Shown here: positions 51,525 to 62,436 of the stretch, piece after piece
Layout of the letters: each line of letters begins with the position of its first letter
How positions within the stretch are numbered: position 1 is the stretch's first letter
DNA from: an uncultured Planctomycetaceae bacterium
GTDB lineage: Bacteria; Planctomycetota; Planctomycetia; Planctomycetales; Planctomycetaceae
Assembly: GCA_963815195.1 (NCBI GenBank)
Contig: CAWFGE010000012.1
Span: 896,001-960,000, forward strand
Reading direction: 5' to 3'
DNA length: 64,000 nucleotides
The notes under the pieces: generated by a model
What the model was told of the DNA's origin: nothing
Databases searched by the model: none
What the model saw: the letters and a program-made list of their open reading frames with translations, nothing else
Made by a program: the position numbers and the translations under genes

Positions 51525-51866
51525 TCAATACCTCCGAAACCGGGCCGCGGCGTCTGCGTTCGCCGGCCGATCCTCCGGCAACACGACGGCCTGTTGAAAT
51601 TCGCTTTTCGTGGGCGGAGCGTATTCAATCGTCGGCGGATAAAACACGCCCGCCGACGCGGCCGTTTCTTTCGGTTCCATTTCTTGACCACTGGCGGCCG
51701 GCGGAAACGGCGCGGGAATCACGGGCGGCGGAACTTCCAAGGCCTGAAGTCGCCGATGGTAAGTCGAGCTGTATCCGCCGGGCAACTGATAAGGCGGCAC
51801 CTGGCAACCGGTAAAGAAAAGTAAGACCATCCCGCCCCAGAGAACCCATGTCTTGTCATGTTCCAT
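51525..51866 (-). CDS. Small proline-rich lipoprotein
   Basis: Lipobox FTGC after a hydrophobic stretch. Confidence 0.65.
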   Translation of the reverse strand: MEHDKTWVLWGGMVLLFFTGCQVPPYQLPGGYSSTYHRRLQALEVPPPVIPAPFPPAASGQEMEPKETAASAGVFYPPTIEYAPPTKSEFQQAVVLPEDRPANADAAARFRRY

Positions 51867-52216
51867 ACAGCCGCCCTTTCGCAACATACCTCGCAATCAA
51901 CATCGGCACGAACCACGACGGCATTCCAAATCGCCCGCTGGAAGGGATTCCATCGCCTCCCCTTCTCCCAAGCTCCCTGTCTCCCCCTCTTTGACCAACG
52001 CGGAAGAATCGCCTTCCCTCAAAGCCCTATAAAAGAGGCGGAATTCATTCTTATCGGAATTTGCTCGGTACGGGCTTGACCCAAATTTTAGAATCTCATA
52101 AAAACCCGCCCCGCGAGCGAACAGCACCAAACGGCTCTCTCCGCCGACTTGTCGCTCGTGTCCCTTCGCTCAGATCACTCTCTCCATCTCGACGCCTTTC
52201 AATTAGGAAAGTGACC

Positions 52217-53512
52217 ATGTTCCAACGCATGATCGGTCAGATCGCGCTGTGCGGTGCCGCCCTCATCACGAGTTCGGCGTCCGCCCAGTTTTTCCCCGGC
52301 AGTACGATTGATCCGTGTGCTCCGGCTCGCCCGGTGGCTTCCGCGAGCCTGGTGCAAGTCGCCTCCGCGGTTCCGGCGCAGCATTGCGTGACCACGTGCA
52401 CGCCGGCTCTCGTTCCCGTCGCGCAGACCATGTACCAAAACGTGCGGGTGACGGAATTTCAACCGGTGAAACGCACCGTCCAACGCCCCGTGGTGGAAAC
52501 CCGCTATGTCGATCAAGAGGTGACGGCTTACCGCCCGATTACCGAAACCCGCACCGCGGAAGTTCCCACGGTGAATTATACCAACGTGACGGAATATCAA
52601 ACCGTCACCCGCGACATGGGCCAATGGTTCACGTCCCGCGAGTGCATCAACCGCCCCACGCCCTGCCAGTACGATCCCCGTCCCGGTTTGCTCGGCGGGC
52701 TGAACCGGTTTGGCTACTCCCTGCGGTCGGCGTTTACTCCAAACTTTCGCACCAACCGGCAGTATGTTCCGAATTATGTCGCCCAAGCGGTGCCCGTCAC
52801 CCGGCAGGTCGCCGTCCACGGCACCCAGCAAGTCACCTACAACGTGACCCGCATGGAACCTTACAAAACCACCCGCAAGGTTGCGGTGAACTCCGTGCGG
52901 ATGGTGGCCGAGGAAGTCACCGAAATGCATCCCGTGACCGTGATGCGGTCGATTCCCACCGGCACGCGGGTGGCGTATGTGTCGCCTTCGAGCCTGGCCG
53001 CTTCCCGGACCGCGTTGGCTCCTTCGCCCGATCCCGGCGCGGTTGCCAGCGGCCGCCAGACCATCGTTCCCTCCCGCACCGCCGACGCCCGCAGCAACGA
53101 CCTGAAACGCTTCAATCGGGAACGCACGCCCAACCCGATGAACGGTTATGAAGAAAAGAAACCCCCGGTCAACACGTTCCAAAAAGACGGCGAATCCTTT
53201 CCGCCGACCACGCAAATCCAAAACCCGAATATGATTCAAAACACCTCCCACACCGAAACCCAGCCGGTCACCCGGCACGCGGAATTGTGGGAAACCCCCG
53301 AAACCCAACAGGCCCCGGCCTCTTCCGCGGGACCCGCGATGCAGCCGCCGATGACGAACTCTCGGCCCGTGACGGCGGCGCCTCCGGTTCGCCCCACGAA
53401 GAGCATCCCGTCCATCGTGCGAGTCAGCCGCTGGACCCGCCGGCCCGCCGCGACCGCCGCCCCTTCGGGACCGGCCCTGCCGTCGCCCGGCATTTCCGTC
53501 GCGGTCGATTAG
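52217..53512 (+). CDS. Exported V/T/Y/P-rich repetitive protein
   Basis: Signal peptide, 'VTEF.PV', 'VTAYRP', 'VTYNVTRM' repeats; RBS AGGA. Confidence 0.75.
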   Translation: MFQRMIGQIALCGAALITSSASAQFFPGSTIDPCAPARPVASASLVQVASAVPAQHCVTTCTPALVPVAQTMYQNVRVTEFQPVKRTVQRPVVETRYVDQEVTAYRPITETRTAEVPTVNYTNVTEYQTVTRDMGQWFTSRECINRPTPCQYDPRPGLLGGLNRFGYSLRSAFTPNFRTNRQYVPNYVAQAVPVTRQVAVHGTQQVTYNVTRMEPYKTTRKVAVNSVRMVAEEVTEMHPVTVMRSIPTGTRVAYVSPSSLAASRTALAPSPDPGAVASGRQTIVPSRTADARSNDLKRFNRERTPNPMNGYEEKKPPVNTFQKDGESFPPTTQIQNPNMIQNTSHTETQPVTRHAELWETPETQQAPASSAGPAMQPPMTNSRPVTAAPPVRPTKSIPSIVRVSRWTRRPAATAAPSGPALPSPGISVAVD

Positions 53513-53715
53513 TCCAAGCTGAGGCACAGGAAACACAAACGGATTTTTCAGGAACTTTCTCCTTCCGACGCCCTCGGGCGTCACCTTTGAATCTTCACCG
53601 ATTCAACCTTCCCCCCCCTGTTTGAAATGACTGCGCGGCCTCGGCATCACGCCGAGTCCCACCCGATCTTAAGAACGGGATTGTCCTCCGGGACAATCCC
53701 GTTTCTCATTATATC

Positions 53716-53787
53716 TGAGCGGCACGGCGCTAGCCGCCGGTTTTGGGGATCTCATTGCATGTGAGCGGCACGGCGCTAGCCGCCGGT
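53716..53787 (+). repeat. Two direct copies of a 26-bp REP-like hairpin
   Basis: TGAGCGGCACGGCGCTAGCCGCCGGT at 53716 and 53762. Confidence 0.85.
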
Positions 53788-53919
53788 GGGGTTTGATCGT
53801 CCGCCTCCACGTCTTTCGTTCGGAGAATCCGTCGCCTAGAATAACCAGCGTTCCCTGGAAGCGGGCGAACACGCCCTGCAACAACCTGTCCCTGTGCTGA
53901 TGATGGAACCGAACCGGTC

Positions 53920-54621
53920 ATGCCGAGCCTTACGGTGGAGAATTATCTCAAAGCGGCACTTCAAATCAATTTGAAGTCCAAGCGCGAATCCGTCAGCACG
54001 GGCGAATTGGCGGCGAAGCTGAACGTCTCGCCGGGCACCGTGTCCAGCATGCTCAAATCGCTCGCGGAACCCAAAACCGAAGACGGCCAAATCCGCCCGC
54101 CGCTGGTAAACTACAAACCTTACGAGGGCATCTCGCTCACGGAGGAAGGCCGGCGGATCGCGGTCCGGATCCTCCGCCGGCATCGCCTGATCGAACTCTT
54201 CCTCGCGCAGACGCTCGATCTCACCTGGGACCAGGTTCACGAAGAAGCGGAAAACATGGAGCACGCGGTCAGCGATATTTTGATCGACCGCATCGATGAG
54301 TTTCTCGGCCATCCGGAATACGACCCGCACGGCGATCCGATCCCCACCGCCGAGGGCAAAATGCGAACGGACACCACCAACGCCGTGCCGTTGTCGGAGT
54401 GTCCGCCGGGGACGAGAATCCGCATCGTCCGCGTGACGAACCAGGGGCCGGATTTTCTGAGGTTCCTTTCCGAATCTGGCCTGGAAATCGGCGCGGTGGG
54501 CGAAGTCACCGAAAACAACCCCGAAGCCGGCCTCGTCACGACCAACCTTCCTCAAGGCTCGATCCCCATGTCCCACACCGCGGCCGCGGCGCTGATGGTG
54601 GTCCGGGAAAGCGGGGAGTGA
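53920..54621 (+). CDS. DtxR/MntR-family metal-dependent regulator with FeoA-like domain
   Basis: 'ENYLK', 'RRHRLIELFL', 'HEEAENMEH', 'DPHGDPIP'. Confidence 0.95.
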   Translation: MPSLTVENYLKAALQINLKSKRESVSTGELAAKLNVSPGTVSSMLKSLAEPKTEDGQIRPPLVNYKPYEGISLTEEGRRIAVRILRRHRLIELFLAQTLDLTWDQVHEEAENMEHAVSDILIDRIDEFLGHPEYDPHGDPIPTAEGKMRTDTTNAVPLSECPPGTRIRIVRVTNQGPDFLRFLSESGLEIGAVGEVTENNPEAGLVTTNLPQGSIPMSHTAAAALMVVRESGE

Positions 54622-54722
54622 AGTTTGACCGAACCGGCTTCGCTATAATTGAAAATCCCGAAGCGGTAAACTTGTGCTTTGAATTTCCTGTCCGATCAAT
54701 CGCCGAGAATAATTGCTGACAT

Positions 54723-56000
54723 ATGCCGCCTCATCAACTCACGCTCTTTGATAACGATCAAGCTGAGAAGAACACCACGACGTTTGTCAACAATTTGACT
54801 TTACCGGTACATCGCTGGTTCCGTTATAGCGCAGGCTTCTCGGCGAGTTGGGCGAAGTCCCTGATCTCGAATTTCAAGACCGAGTGGAAAACCGTTCGAG
54901 TTTTCGATCCTTTCGCAGGCTCGGCGACCACGCTTCTTGCCGCGGAAGAGGCCCATATTGAAAGCTACGGAGTTGAGTCCCACCCGTTTGTTGCAAGAAT
55001 CGCACGGGCAAAGCTACTCCGCCAACAGGGTCCCGACAAATATCGGGAATTTGCAAATCGCATTTTGCGGAGCGCGCAGCAAAATACCGGCAATTGTCTG
55101 GCCTATCCCGATTTAATCCACCGCTGCTTCTCGGAAGAACATCTCGAAGCGCTGGATCGCCTGCGGTGCGCCTGGGAATCCTTTGCGGACGGTTCGCCGG
55201 CCTCGGAATTGACCTGGCTCACCTTGGTCAGCATTTTGCGAAGAACGTCCCACGTCGGCACGGCCCAATGGCAGTATGTGCTACCCAACAAGTCCAAGAA
55301 GAACGTGCTGCATCCATTCGAGGCGTTCTTGGAGTTTTCTCGCATCGTTTACAAGGACATGTCGGCATCGCAAGAGATTCCCTCCCTGGCAACGTTCGTG
55401 GAATCGGACGCCCGCACGTGCGATGGGGTGCCGGATGGTTTTGCGAATCTCGTCATTACGTCCCCGCCTTATCCGAACAACTACGACTACGCCGATGCAA
55501 CCCGGCTCGAAATGATGTTCATGCGGGAGATTGCAGGCTGGGGAGATTTGCAGGAAACCGTGAGAACTCATCTTGTAAGGTCTTGCTCACAACACACCAC
55601 AACGAAAAACACCGACTGGGAACAACTCCTCGCGAGTCAGGAACTCGAGCCGATTGCCAAGGAACTGAGGGATGTGGTGGAAAGACTCGCCGACGTCCGA
55701 AAAACCAAGGGCGGAAAAAAGAACTACCACCTCATGGTGACGGCCTACTTCTATGATTTGGCCCAGGTCTGGAGAGCGCTTCGCCGCGTGTGCTCCGAGG
55801 ATTCCACGGTCTGCTTCGTGATTGGAGATTCCGCGCCGTATGGCGTTTATGTTCCCGTGGCCGAATGGCTGGGACAACTTGCAACGGCCGCCGGCTTCAA
55901 GCAGTGGCGGTTTGAAAAACTCCGGGAACGCAACACCAAGTGGAAAAACCGAAAACACCGCGTCCCGCTCTGCGAGGGACGTCTTTGGGTACAAGGATAG
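54723..56000 (+). CDS. Amino-DNA methyltransferase (probably N4-cytosine)
   Basis: Motif I 'FDPFAGSATT' precedes motif IV 'ITSPPY'; 'HRWFRY.AGFS'. Confidence 0.9.
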   Translation: MPPHQLTLFDNDQAEKNTTTFVNNLTLPVHRWFRYSAGFSASWAKSLISNFKTEWKTVRVFDPFAGSATTLLAAEEAHIESYGVESHPFVARIARAKLLRQQGPDKYREFANRILRSAQQNTGNCLAYPDLIHRCFSEEHLEALDRLRCAWESFADGSPASELTWLTLVSILRRTSHVGTAQWQYVLPNKSKKNVLHPFEAFLEFSRIVYKDMSASQEIPSLATFVESDARTCDGVPDGFANLVITSPPYPNNYDYADATRLEMMFMREIAGWGDLQETVRTHLVRSCSQHTTTKNTDWEQLLASQELEPIAKELRDVVERLADVRKTKGGKKNYHLMVTAYFYDLAQVWRALRRVCSEDSTVCFVIGDSAPYGVYVPVAEWLGQLATAAGFKQWRFEKLRERNTKWKNRKHRVPLCEGRLWVQG

Positions 56001-56010
56001 TCCAAGGATT

Positions 56011-56889
56011 ATGGCGCAATCCCCCACCCACAAGTTCGGGCAAATAATTGGCGACCTCTTGGAAGAAATGCTTCGCCAACCTCTCGCGGAAGTCGCGGCG
56101 AAACATGGCTACTATCTCGACTATAAACACGAGAGGCCGGCGAGAAATAATCGCAAGAAAGTCACTTGGACAGACCATAAGAACAACAACCACGACCTGG
56201 ACTACGTTTTAGAGCAAGGAGGAACGGAGGACCAAATCGGCAGCCCCAAGGCGTTTATCGAAAGTGCCTGGCGGCGCTATACCAAGCACTCAAGAAATAA
56301 AGCTCAAGAAATCCAAGGAGCCGTCTCTGTCCTCGCGGAAACTTATAGCGAGCACCATCCATTTCTCGGCGTGGTTTTAGCCGGCGTCTTCACGGAAGGA
56401 TCGATGCAACAACTCCGGTCACACGGTTTTTCGATCGTGTACTGTCCCTATGAAACTGTTCTCGCCACCTTCAAATGCGTCGGCATCAATGCGGGATTTG
56501 ATGAAGCCACGTCCGATGCCGAAGTCTCCAAGAAAGTGAACGCCTATTCCGCCTTGAGCAAAGCGAAACATTCCAAGCTCATCAGCACACTTCAATCCTT
56601 GGTCCAAGAGGATTTAACACAGTTCCTCGGAGAGTTGGAACAAAGTTTAACTCGAAAAATCGTTCGAGTTTTCGTGGCGACTTTACATGGTCCGGTCCAC
56701 GAGTTGGCTGGCGTGCAAGCCGCCGTAGCGTTCATCAAGGAATTCAACGAAAACAAGCTTGTGAAGGGTTTCGTCCGGTATGAAGTTGATATCCGCTACT
56801 CCAACGGCGATCACATCAGCGGACAATTCGAGGAAAAAGCCACAGCGATTCAATTCTTGAACGGCTTGATTTCGACAGAAATGGCTTAG
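56011..56889 (+). CDS. Putative type II restriction endonuclease
   Basis: 10 nt downstream of the MTase, lower GC; 'HDLDYVLE...AFIESAWRRYTKHSRNKAQE' resembles a PD-(D/E)xK-type core. Confidence 0.75.
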   Translation: MAQSPTHKFGQIIGDLLEEMLRQPLAEVAAKHGYYLDYKHERPARNNRKKVTWTDHKNNNHDLDYVLEQGGTEDQIGSPKAFIESAWRRYTKHSRNKAQEIQGAVSVLAETYSEHHPFLGVVLAGVFTEGSMQQLRSHGFSIVYCPYETVLATFKCVGINAGFDEATSDAEVSKKVNAYSALSKAKHSKLISTLQSLVQEDLTQFLGELEQSLTRKIVRVFVATLHGPVHELAGVQAAVAFIKEFNENKLVKGFVRYEVDIRYSNGDHISGQFEEKATAIQFLNGLISTEMA

Positions 56890-56916
56890 AGGCGCTTACG
56901 CTACAAACTCCCGAAG

Positions 56917-57274
56917 GGCTTCTCTTGTTGCCGCCTGCGTGCGGTGGTTTCGGATTCCGGCGACTTATCCTCCCCGGCCAGATTTTGAGCCGGGTTCGGG
57001 GAATGGGATTATTCGGCGGCGGCGGACGGGTGTTTCGTGAGGCGGTAAAGGAGAAAGCCGCCGAGGAGCGTCATGGCGATCATTAGCGGCCAGCGGTAGT
57101 GGACCTGGCTGTCGTCTTGGAAGCTGAGGAGCCAATGCTAGGGGGAATCGTTGAGGTCTTGGGCGGTCGTCAGTTGGCCCCAGCAGCCGTGGAGGATCGC
57201 CAGGCTATTCCAGGTGAAGTCGAGCAGCATGCACGGGAGTAAGCTTCCGCTGCGGACCGCGATCAATCCCAACA
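56917..57274 (-). pseudogene. C-terminal remnant of a CPBP/CAAX-protease-like membrane protein
   Basis: VLGLIAVRSGSLLPCMLLDFTWN..., internal TAG near 57139, no start codon. Confidence 0.65.
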
Positions 57275-57364
57275 CGGCGCTGATGGTGGTGCGGGAAGAT
57301 GGGAAGTGACGCGAACGCGGCCGCGGCGCTGATGGTGGTCCGGGAAGATGGGAAATGACGCGGA
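57275..57364 (+). repeat. Two copies of the 3' end of the MntR-like gene (att-like)
   Basis: 57316-57346 is identical to 54579-54609 (31 bp); a second partial copy lies at 57275-57309. Confidence 0.85.
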
Positions 57365-57372
57365 CGCCGCGG

Positions 57373-57762
57373 CTACATTCCGGATATCACGGAGATGATG
57401 TGCTCGTTCGCGGCGGGGAAGTTGAGGCCTTTCAAATCCTCCCGCGGGACCCAGCGGAAACCTTGATGCTCCTCAGCCGCTTGCTCCGGGTGTAACGGCC
57501 GGCAGAGCCAGAAAAACAGTTCCACGGTGACGTGATCGTAGCTGTGAATCCGCCGGTCCAACAACCGAAAGGGTTCGACATCCAATCCCGTTTCCTCGCG
57601 GCATTCGCGGACGGCGCAAAGGGCGGGCGTTTCCTCCGGCCAGCATTTGCCGCCCGGAAACTCCGCAAACCCCGCAAGCGGCGAACCCTCCCCCCGCACG
57701 CCGACCAAAAACCGCCCGGCATGTTCCACAACCGCAATCCCGATTTGCGTGGCAAGTGACAC
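57373..57762 (-). CDS. MutT-like Nudix hydrolase
   Basis: Nudix box 'EFPGGK...ETPALCAVRECREETG', 'FPAAN'; start uncertain. Confidence 0.88.
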   Translation of the reverse strand: MSLATQIGIAVVEHAGRFLVGVRGEGSPLAGFAEFPGGKCWPEETPALCAVRECREETGLDVEPFRLLDRRIHSYDHVTVELFFWLCRPLHPEQAAEEHQGFRWVPREDLKGLNFPAANEHIISVISGM

Positions 57763-58214
57763 GTTGGACCTTTCTGGACCGGATTTGTCGTGCGGACCGC
57801 TTTTCAAAGACGAATTATCCTAAAGCCCTTGATGGAAGACATTTGCGATTCACAAACAGCTTGTGGCGCAAAGAAGTCCCTCTAGGAGTAGAGGGACACG
57901 TTGTTTGGGACTCCACTTGAATGTGGGTTTCCGGTCCGCCGGCCCCTTTGCTGCGGCAGCCAGGGCAGCAAAGGACGATTCGAATCATTGGCGGCCCGGA
58001 ATCGAGACTGTCCTCCTCCCAAAGGACAGCCCTCACCGGATATCCGGGCCTCGATTCGGCTCCTTTCAAAAGGTCATGAATCCAGGCACCACGCCCTATG
58101 GCGGCGTCCAAAGTCGTCAATCGGCGTCGAAAAACCGAACGGTCTCCGCACCGACGCGCATCAGTTGCGCGCCCGGTGCGGTTTTTTGTTGCGCATGCCG
58201 TTTCCGGTGGTCCG

Positions 58215-59030
58215 TTACGAGGATTTCTCGTGCACTTCGAGGGGCGGGGCGCCCATGATGTGGTAGCCGCAATCGACGTGGAGGGTTTCGCCGGTGATGG
58301 CGCTGGCGAGGTCGCTGAGCAGGAACATCGCGGTCTTGCCGACTTCTTCGGGGCTGATGTTTCGCCGCATGGGGGAGAAGGTTTCGTAAAGGTCCAACAT
58401 CTTTTTGAAGTCGCCCACGGCGGAGGAGGCCAGCGTTTTTAAAGGACCCGCACTCAGGGCGTTGACGCGAAAACCTTCGGGGCCGAGTTCGTTCGCCAGG
58501 TATTCGACGGAACTTTCCAGGGCGGCTTTGCAGATGCCCATCATGTTGTAGCCGGGAATCACTTTTTCGCCGCCGAGGTACGTCATCGCGAGCAGGCTGC
58601 CGCCGGGATTGAATACCTCGCGGGCCCGGCGGGCCAAGGCGATCAGGCTGTAGGCGCTGATGTCCATCGCCAGCTTAAACCCATCCCGGCTGACGTCGTA
58701 CACCGGGCACTTCAAGTCCTCGGTCGGAGCGAAGGCCAGCGAGTGGATCACGAAATCGATCTTCCCAAACGTCTCGCGGGCCGCGGCGAAGATGGAATCG
58801 ATCTCTTCATCGTTCTGAATGTCGCAGGGCAGGACGAACTTGGCTCCCTGCGGATCGACGAGCGCCCTTAGCTTCTTTTCGTTTTTGCGGCGCTCGAAAT
58901 CTCTGTCCGGGAGGTGCGTAAAGCCCATCTCGGCTCCTTGGGCAAACAACTGCTCGCTGATTGCCCAGGCGATCGAACGGTCGTTGGCGATGCCGAACAC
59001 CACGCCTTTTTTTCCATCAAACAAACCCAT
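58215..59030 (-). CDS. fabI: Enoyl-ACP reductase
   Basis: '[12 protein letters not shown]', 'DISAYSL', '[12 protein letters not shown]', 'SAGPLKTLA'. Confidence 0.97.
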   Translation of the reverse strand: MGLFDGKKGVVFGIANDRSIAWAISEQLFAQGAEMGFTHLPDRDFERRKNEKKLRALVDPQGAKFVLPCDIQNDEEIDSIFAAARETFGKIDFVIHSLAFAPTEDLKCPVYDVSRDGFKLAMDISAYSLIALARRAREVFNPGGSLLAMTYLGGEKVIPGYNMMGICKAALESSVEYLANELGPEGFRVNALSAGPLKTLASSAVGDFKKMLDLYETFSPMRRNISPEEVGKTAMFLLSDLASAITGETLHVDCGYHIMGAPPLEVHEKSS

Positions 59031-59344
59031 GCCGGTCCCTCGTTTTCTTCTGAAATGCTGAACCAAATGAAATCCCGAATGTCCCGCCGCCTCCACCTGG
59101 GGCCAATGGCACGATAGCGATTCTTGTTCAGGGCATCAATATCAAGCAGGGCGGTTTGGGCGGGGTGCCCCTGAGGAACGCAGGGCGTGGTGAAAGCGTT
59201 CCCAAAGTCGCCACGCCTTCGCTGCGCTCGGGGTCGTGCGACCCGTTTTGGGAAATGCGGAGAAGAGTCATTGCAAAATCGCGGGGGGTTATCGATGATT
59301 CAGGGCGTCTTATCGCTTCGATCTTCTTTCCAGCCGATATTTTC

Positions 59345-60449
59345 GTGATTAAGCTTCTGTTGTTGATTCCCACGTTGGACCGTTCGGGAGCCGAGAAACA
59401 GTTCACATTGCTCGCCACGGGGCTGCCGCGCGAGGAATTTGAGATTGAGGTCGTCTGCCTCACGCGGGGCGGACCTTACGAAGCCGCGCTCCGCGAGCAG
59501 GAAATTCCCGTCACCATTCTCCACAAGCGGATGAAATTCGATCCCGTCGCGTTTTTTCGCCTGAAAAAGTTGATCGGGCGCCGGCGGCCGGACGTTCTCC
59601 ACACCTGGCTGTTCGCCGCGAATGCCTACGGTCGCCTCGCGGTCGGCGGCAAAGGTCGGCCGCGGGTTCTCGTCTCCGAACGCTGCGTCGATTCGTGGAA
59701 GCAAAGCTGGCAGCTCAAACTGGACCAGAAACTCATCCCCCGCACCGACCGCTTGATCGCCAACTCGGAAAGCGTCGCCGGGTTTTACCTGGAGCAGGGA
59801 TTCCCGGCGGAACGGATTGTCGTGATCCCCAACGGCGTGAAGACAGTCACCGATCCGCCGCTTTCGGAAACGGAGCGAAATGCGATCCTGGCGGAGTTCG
59901 ACATCCCGCCCGGCTCCCGCGTTGTGGGCTACGCCGGGCGGTTGGCTCCGCAAAAACGGGGGAAGGATTTGATCTGGAGCCTGCAGCTACTCAAGCAGTT
60001 GACCGACCGGGTTTATCTCGTCATCGTCGGCGACGGGCCGGACCGGGAGAACTTGATCAGCCTCGCCAAGCACATGGGCTGCGACAATCTCGTCCGGTTT
60101 TTGGGGCACCGCGATGATGTGCCCCGGCTGATGCGAACGTTTAGCACGCTCTGGCTCGCCAGCGATTTCGAGGGGCAATCCAACAGCCTCATGGAAGCGA
60201 TGGCTCGGGGCATTCCCGTCGTGGCGAGCGACATCCCGGCCAATCGCGAACTCGTTGTGGATGGCGAAACGGGCTTTGTGGTGAAGGTGGGCGACTGCCA
60301 GGGGTTTTCGCAGTTCACCGACCGGATTCTGGCCGACCCCGAACTGGCGAACCGCCTGGGCGAAGCGGCCCGCGCGGATGCAGAGCCGGTTCGGTTTGGA
60401 TCAAATGATCGCCGCCCATCGGGACCTCTATCACGAACTGGCGGGGTGA
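59345..60449 (+). CDS. GT4 glycosyltransferase, frameshift near 60375
   Basis: 'SGAEKQ', 'IPNG', 'GRLAPQK', 'EGQSNSLMEAMA'; tail MQSRFGLDQMIAAHRDLYHELAG* in another frame. Confidence 0.9.
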
Positions 60450-60453
60450 GGGC

Positions 60454-62436
60454 ATGTGCGGAATCACGGGAGCCGCGTGGCAAGCGGGAGCCGCCCCGCT
60501 GGAGGAAGCGGTCCTCGCGCGGATGGTTCAGGTCCTCAGCCATCGGGGACCCGATGCGGACGGGACTTATTTCAGTCCAAACCCCGATGGTTCCGAATCG
60601 CCGGGGGCGGCTTTGGGGCATCGGCGGTTGTCGATCATCGACCTGGAAGGCGGCAGGCAGCCGCTGTCCAACGAAGATGGCTCGGTCTGGATCGTGTTCA
60701 ACGGCGAGATTTACAACTACCGCGAGCATGCGGCCGATCCTGGAATCGCAAGGCCATCGGTTCCACACCGGCAGCGACACCGAAACCATCGTGCATCTCT
60801 ACGAGGAATACGGCTGCGACTGCCTCGCCCATTTGCGGGGCATGTTCGCCTTTGCGATTTGGGACGAGCGGAAACGCCGGCTGTTTCTCGCCCGGGACCG
60901 TCTGGGCCAAAAGCCGTTGTTCTACCGCCAGGAAGCGGACCGGTTCCTGTTCGCGAGCGAGCTCAAATCGCTGCTGCAAATCCCCGAGGCCCCGCGAACG
61001 CTCGATCCCCGCGCCTCGATGCCTATTTGCTTTACCAGTACGTCCCGTATCCGATGTGCATGTTGGAGGGCTATCACAAGTTGCCGCCCGCGCACTTTGC
61101 GGTTTATGAAAATGGAAACCTCACGCTCGAGCGTTACTGGCAGCCGCCTTACGAAGATGTCTTCGCTCCTGATGAAAGCACGGGTGTCGGAGAAACGCCA
61201 TGGACGATCGAACGTTGGCAGCGGGAGCTCCGGCAGACGCTGACCGAAGCGGTCGCCCTGCGGATGCGAAGCGATGTGCCCTTGGGGGCGTTTTTGTCGG
61301 GCGGGGTGGACTCCACGATCATCGCCGGGCTGATGCAGCAACTCTCCGACCGCCCGGTGCACACGTTTTCCATTGGCTTTCCCGTTTCGCAATTCGACGA
61401 GCGGGCCTACGCCCGGCAGGCGGCCGCATTTTTGGGAACCCATCATCACGAACAATTGGTCGAGCCTCAGGCTTTGGAAATCCTGCCCAAGTTGATCTGG
61501 CATTATGATGAGCCGTTCGCCGACAGTTCCGCGATTCCCACGATGTACCTTTCCGAGATGACCCGCCGGCACGTGACGGTCGCCCTTTCCGGCGACGGCG
61601 GCGACGAGCTGTTCGCGGGCTACGATCGTTATCAAGCCGTGGCTTTGGGGGATCGGTTTGATCGGCTTCCCGCGCCAATGCGGCGGTTTCTCACCATGAA
61701 ACTCTGGCAAAGATTTCCCGCCTCGGTCCGGCAGAAATCCTTTCGCCGGCGGGCGAAGCGGCTGCTGTCGGCTTTGGGAAAATCTCCCGAACGCCGGTAC
61801 TTGACGTGGATTTCCATTTTCGACGATGATCGACGACGCCCGCTTTACACGGAGGAGTTTCGCCGGGAGTTGGGCGATGCGGACCCGGCGGCGTTTGTGT
61901 TGGACGCCTACCAGATGTGCCCCGGCCGCGATTTCGTGAGCCGCACGACCTGCGCGGATGTGTTGACGTACTTGCCTTGTGACATCTTGACCAAAGTGGA
62001 CGTAGCCAGCATGGCGGTGGGATTGGAATGCCGCAGTCCGTTTTTGGATCATCACGTGGCCGAACTCGCCGCGCGGATGCCCTTGGACCTCAAACTCAAA
62101 CGCCGGCGGGGCAAACGGATTCTGTTGGAGACGTTCGGAGACCTCTTGCCCGCCGCAATCCAAAACCGTCCCAAGATGGGTTTCGGGGTGCCGCTCGATC
62201 ACTGGTTCCGCCACGAACTCAAATCCTTCGTGCGGGAAAAACTGTTGAATCCCAAAGCCCTCGGCCGGGGGTACTTCCAACCGGACGCGGTGCGGAAGCT
62301 CGTCGAAGAACATCAATCCGGCCGCTGGGACCACAGCTATCGGCTCTGGTCTTTGCTCTGTTTTGAAGAATGGCACCAGATGTTCCTCGATGCGGCGAGC
62401 GTGGGGCGTGAGCCCCATGATCATGTCGGAAATTGA
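60454..62436 (+). CDS. asnB: Asparagine synthase (glutamine-hydrolysing) family amidotransferase, two compensating frameshifts (~60728, ~61015)
   Basis: MCGI, HRGPD, FNGEIYN, LSGGVDS, SGDGGDELFAGY; the SDTE/RDRLGQKPL segment lies in another frame. Confidence 0.93.
   Translation: MCGITGAAWQAGAAPLEEAVLARMVQVLSHRGPDADGTYFSPNPDGSESPGAALGHRRLSIIDLEGGRQPLSNEDGSVWIVFNGEIYNYREHAADPGIARPSVPHRQRHRNHRASLRGIRLRLPRPFAGHVRLCDLGRAETPAVSRPGPSGPKAVVLPPGSGPVPVRERAQIAAANPRGPANARSPRLDAYLLYQYVPYPMCMLEGYHKLPPAHFAVYENGNLTLERYWQPPYEDVFAPDESTGVGETPWTIERWQRELRQTLTEAVALRMRSDVPLGAFLSGGVDSTIIAGLMQQLSDRPVHTFSIGFPVSQFDERAYARQAAAFLGTHHHEQLVEPQALEILPKLIWHYDEPFADSSAIPTMYLSEMTRRHVTVALSGDGGDELFAGYDRYQAVALGDRFDRLPAPMRRFLTMKLWQRFPASVRQKSFRRRAKRLLSALGKSPERRYLTWISIFDDDRRRPLYTEEFRRELGDADPAAFVLDAYQMCPGRDFVSRTTCADVLTYLPCDILTKVDVASMAVGLECRSPFLDHHVAELAARMPLDLKLKRRRGKRILLETFGDLLPAAIQNRPKMGFGVPLDHWFRHELKSFVREKLLNPKALGRGYFQPDAVRKLVEEHQSGRWDHSYRLWSLLCFEEWHQMFLDAASVGREPHDHVGN

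Noticed and set aside
57815..58120. 101-aa ORF and hairpin GTCCCTCTA-GGAG-TAGAGGGAC (~57876-57897)
   Set aside because: The ORF has no recognisable motif. The hairpin is single-copy in this window, so no function can be assigned.
3530..61020. About ten frameshifts (3541, 15525, 30657, 30868, 40930, 42464, 46160, 60375, 60728, 61015) as programmed frameshifting or mass pseudogenisation
   Set aside because: Each is a 1-2 nt indel, mostly in short homopolymer or GC-rich runs, in unrelated and otherwise intact genes with no shared slippery motif. Long-read consensus error is most likely; raw reads are needed to confirm.
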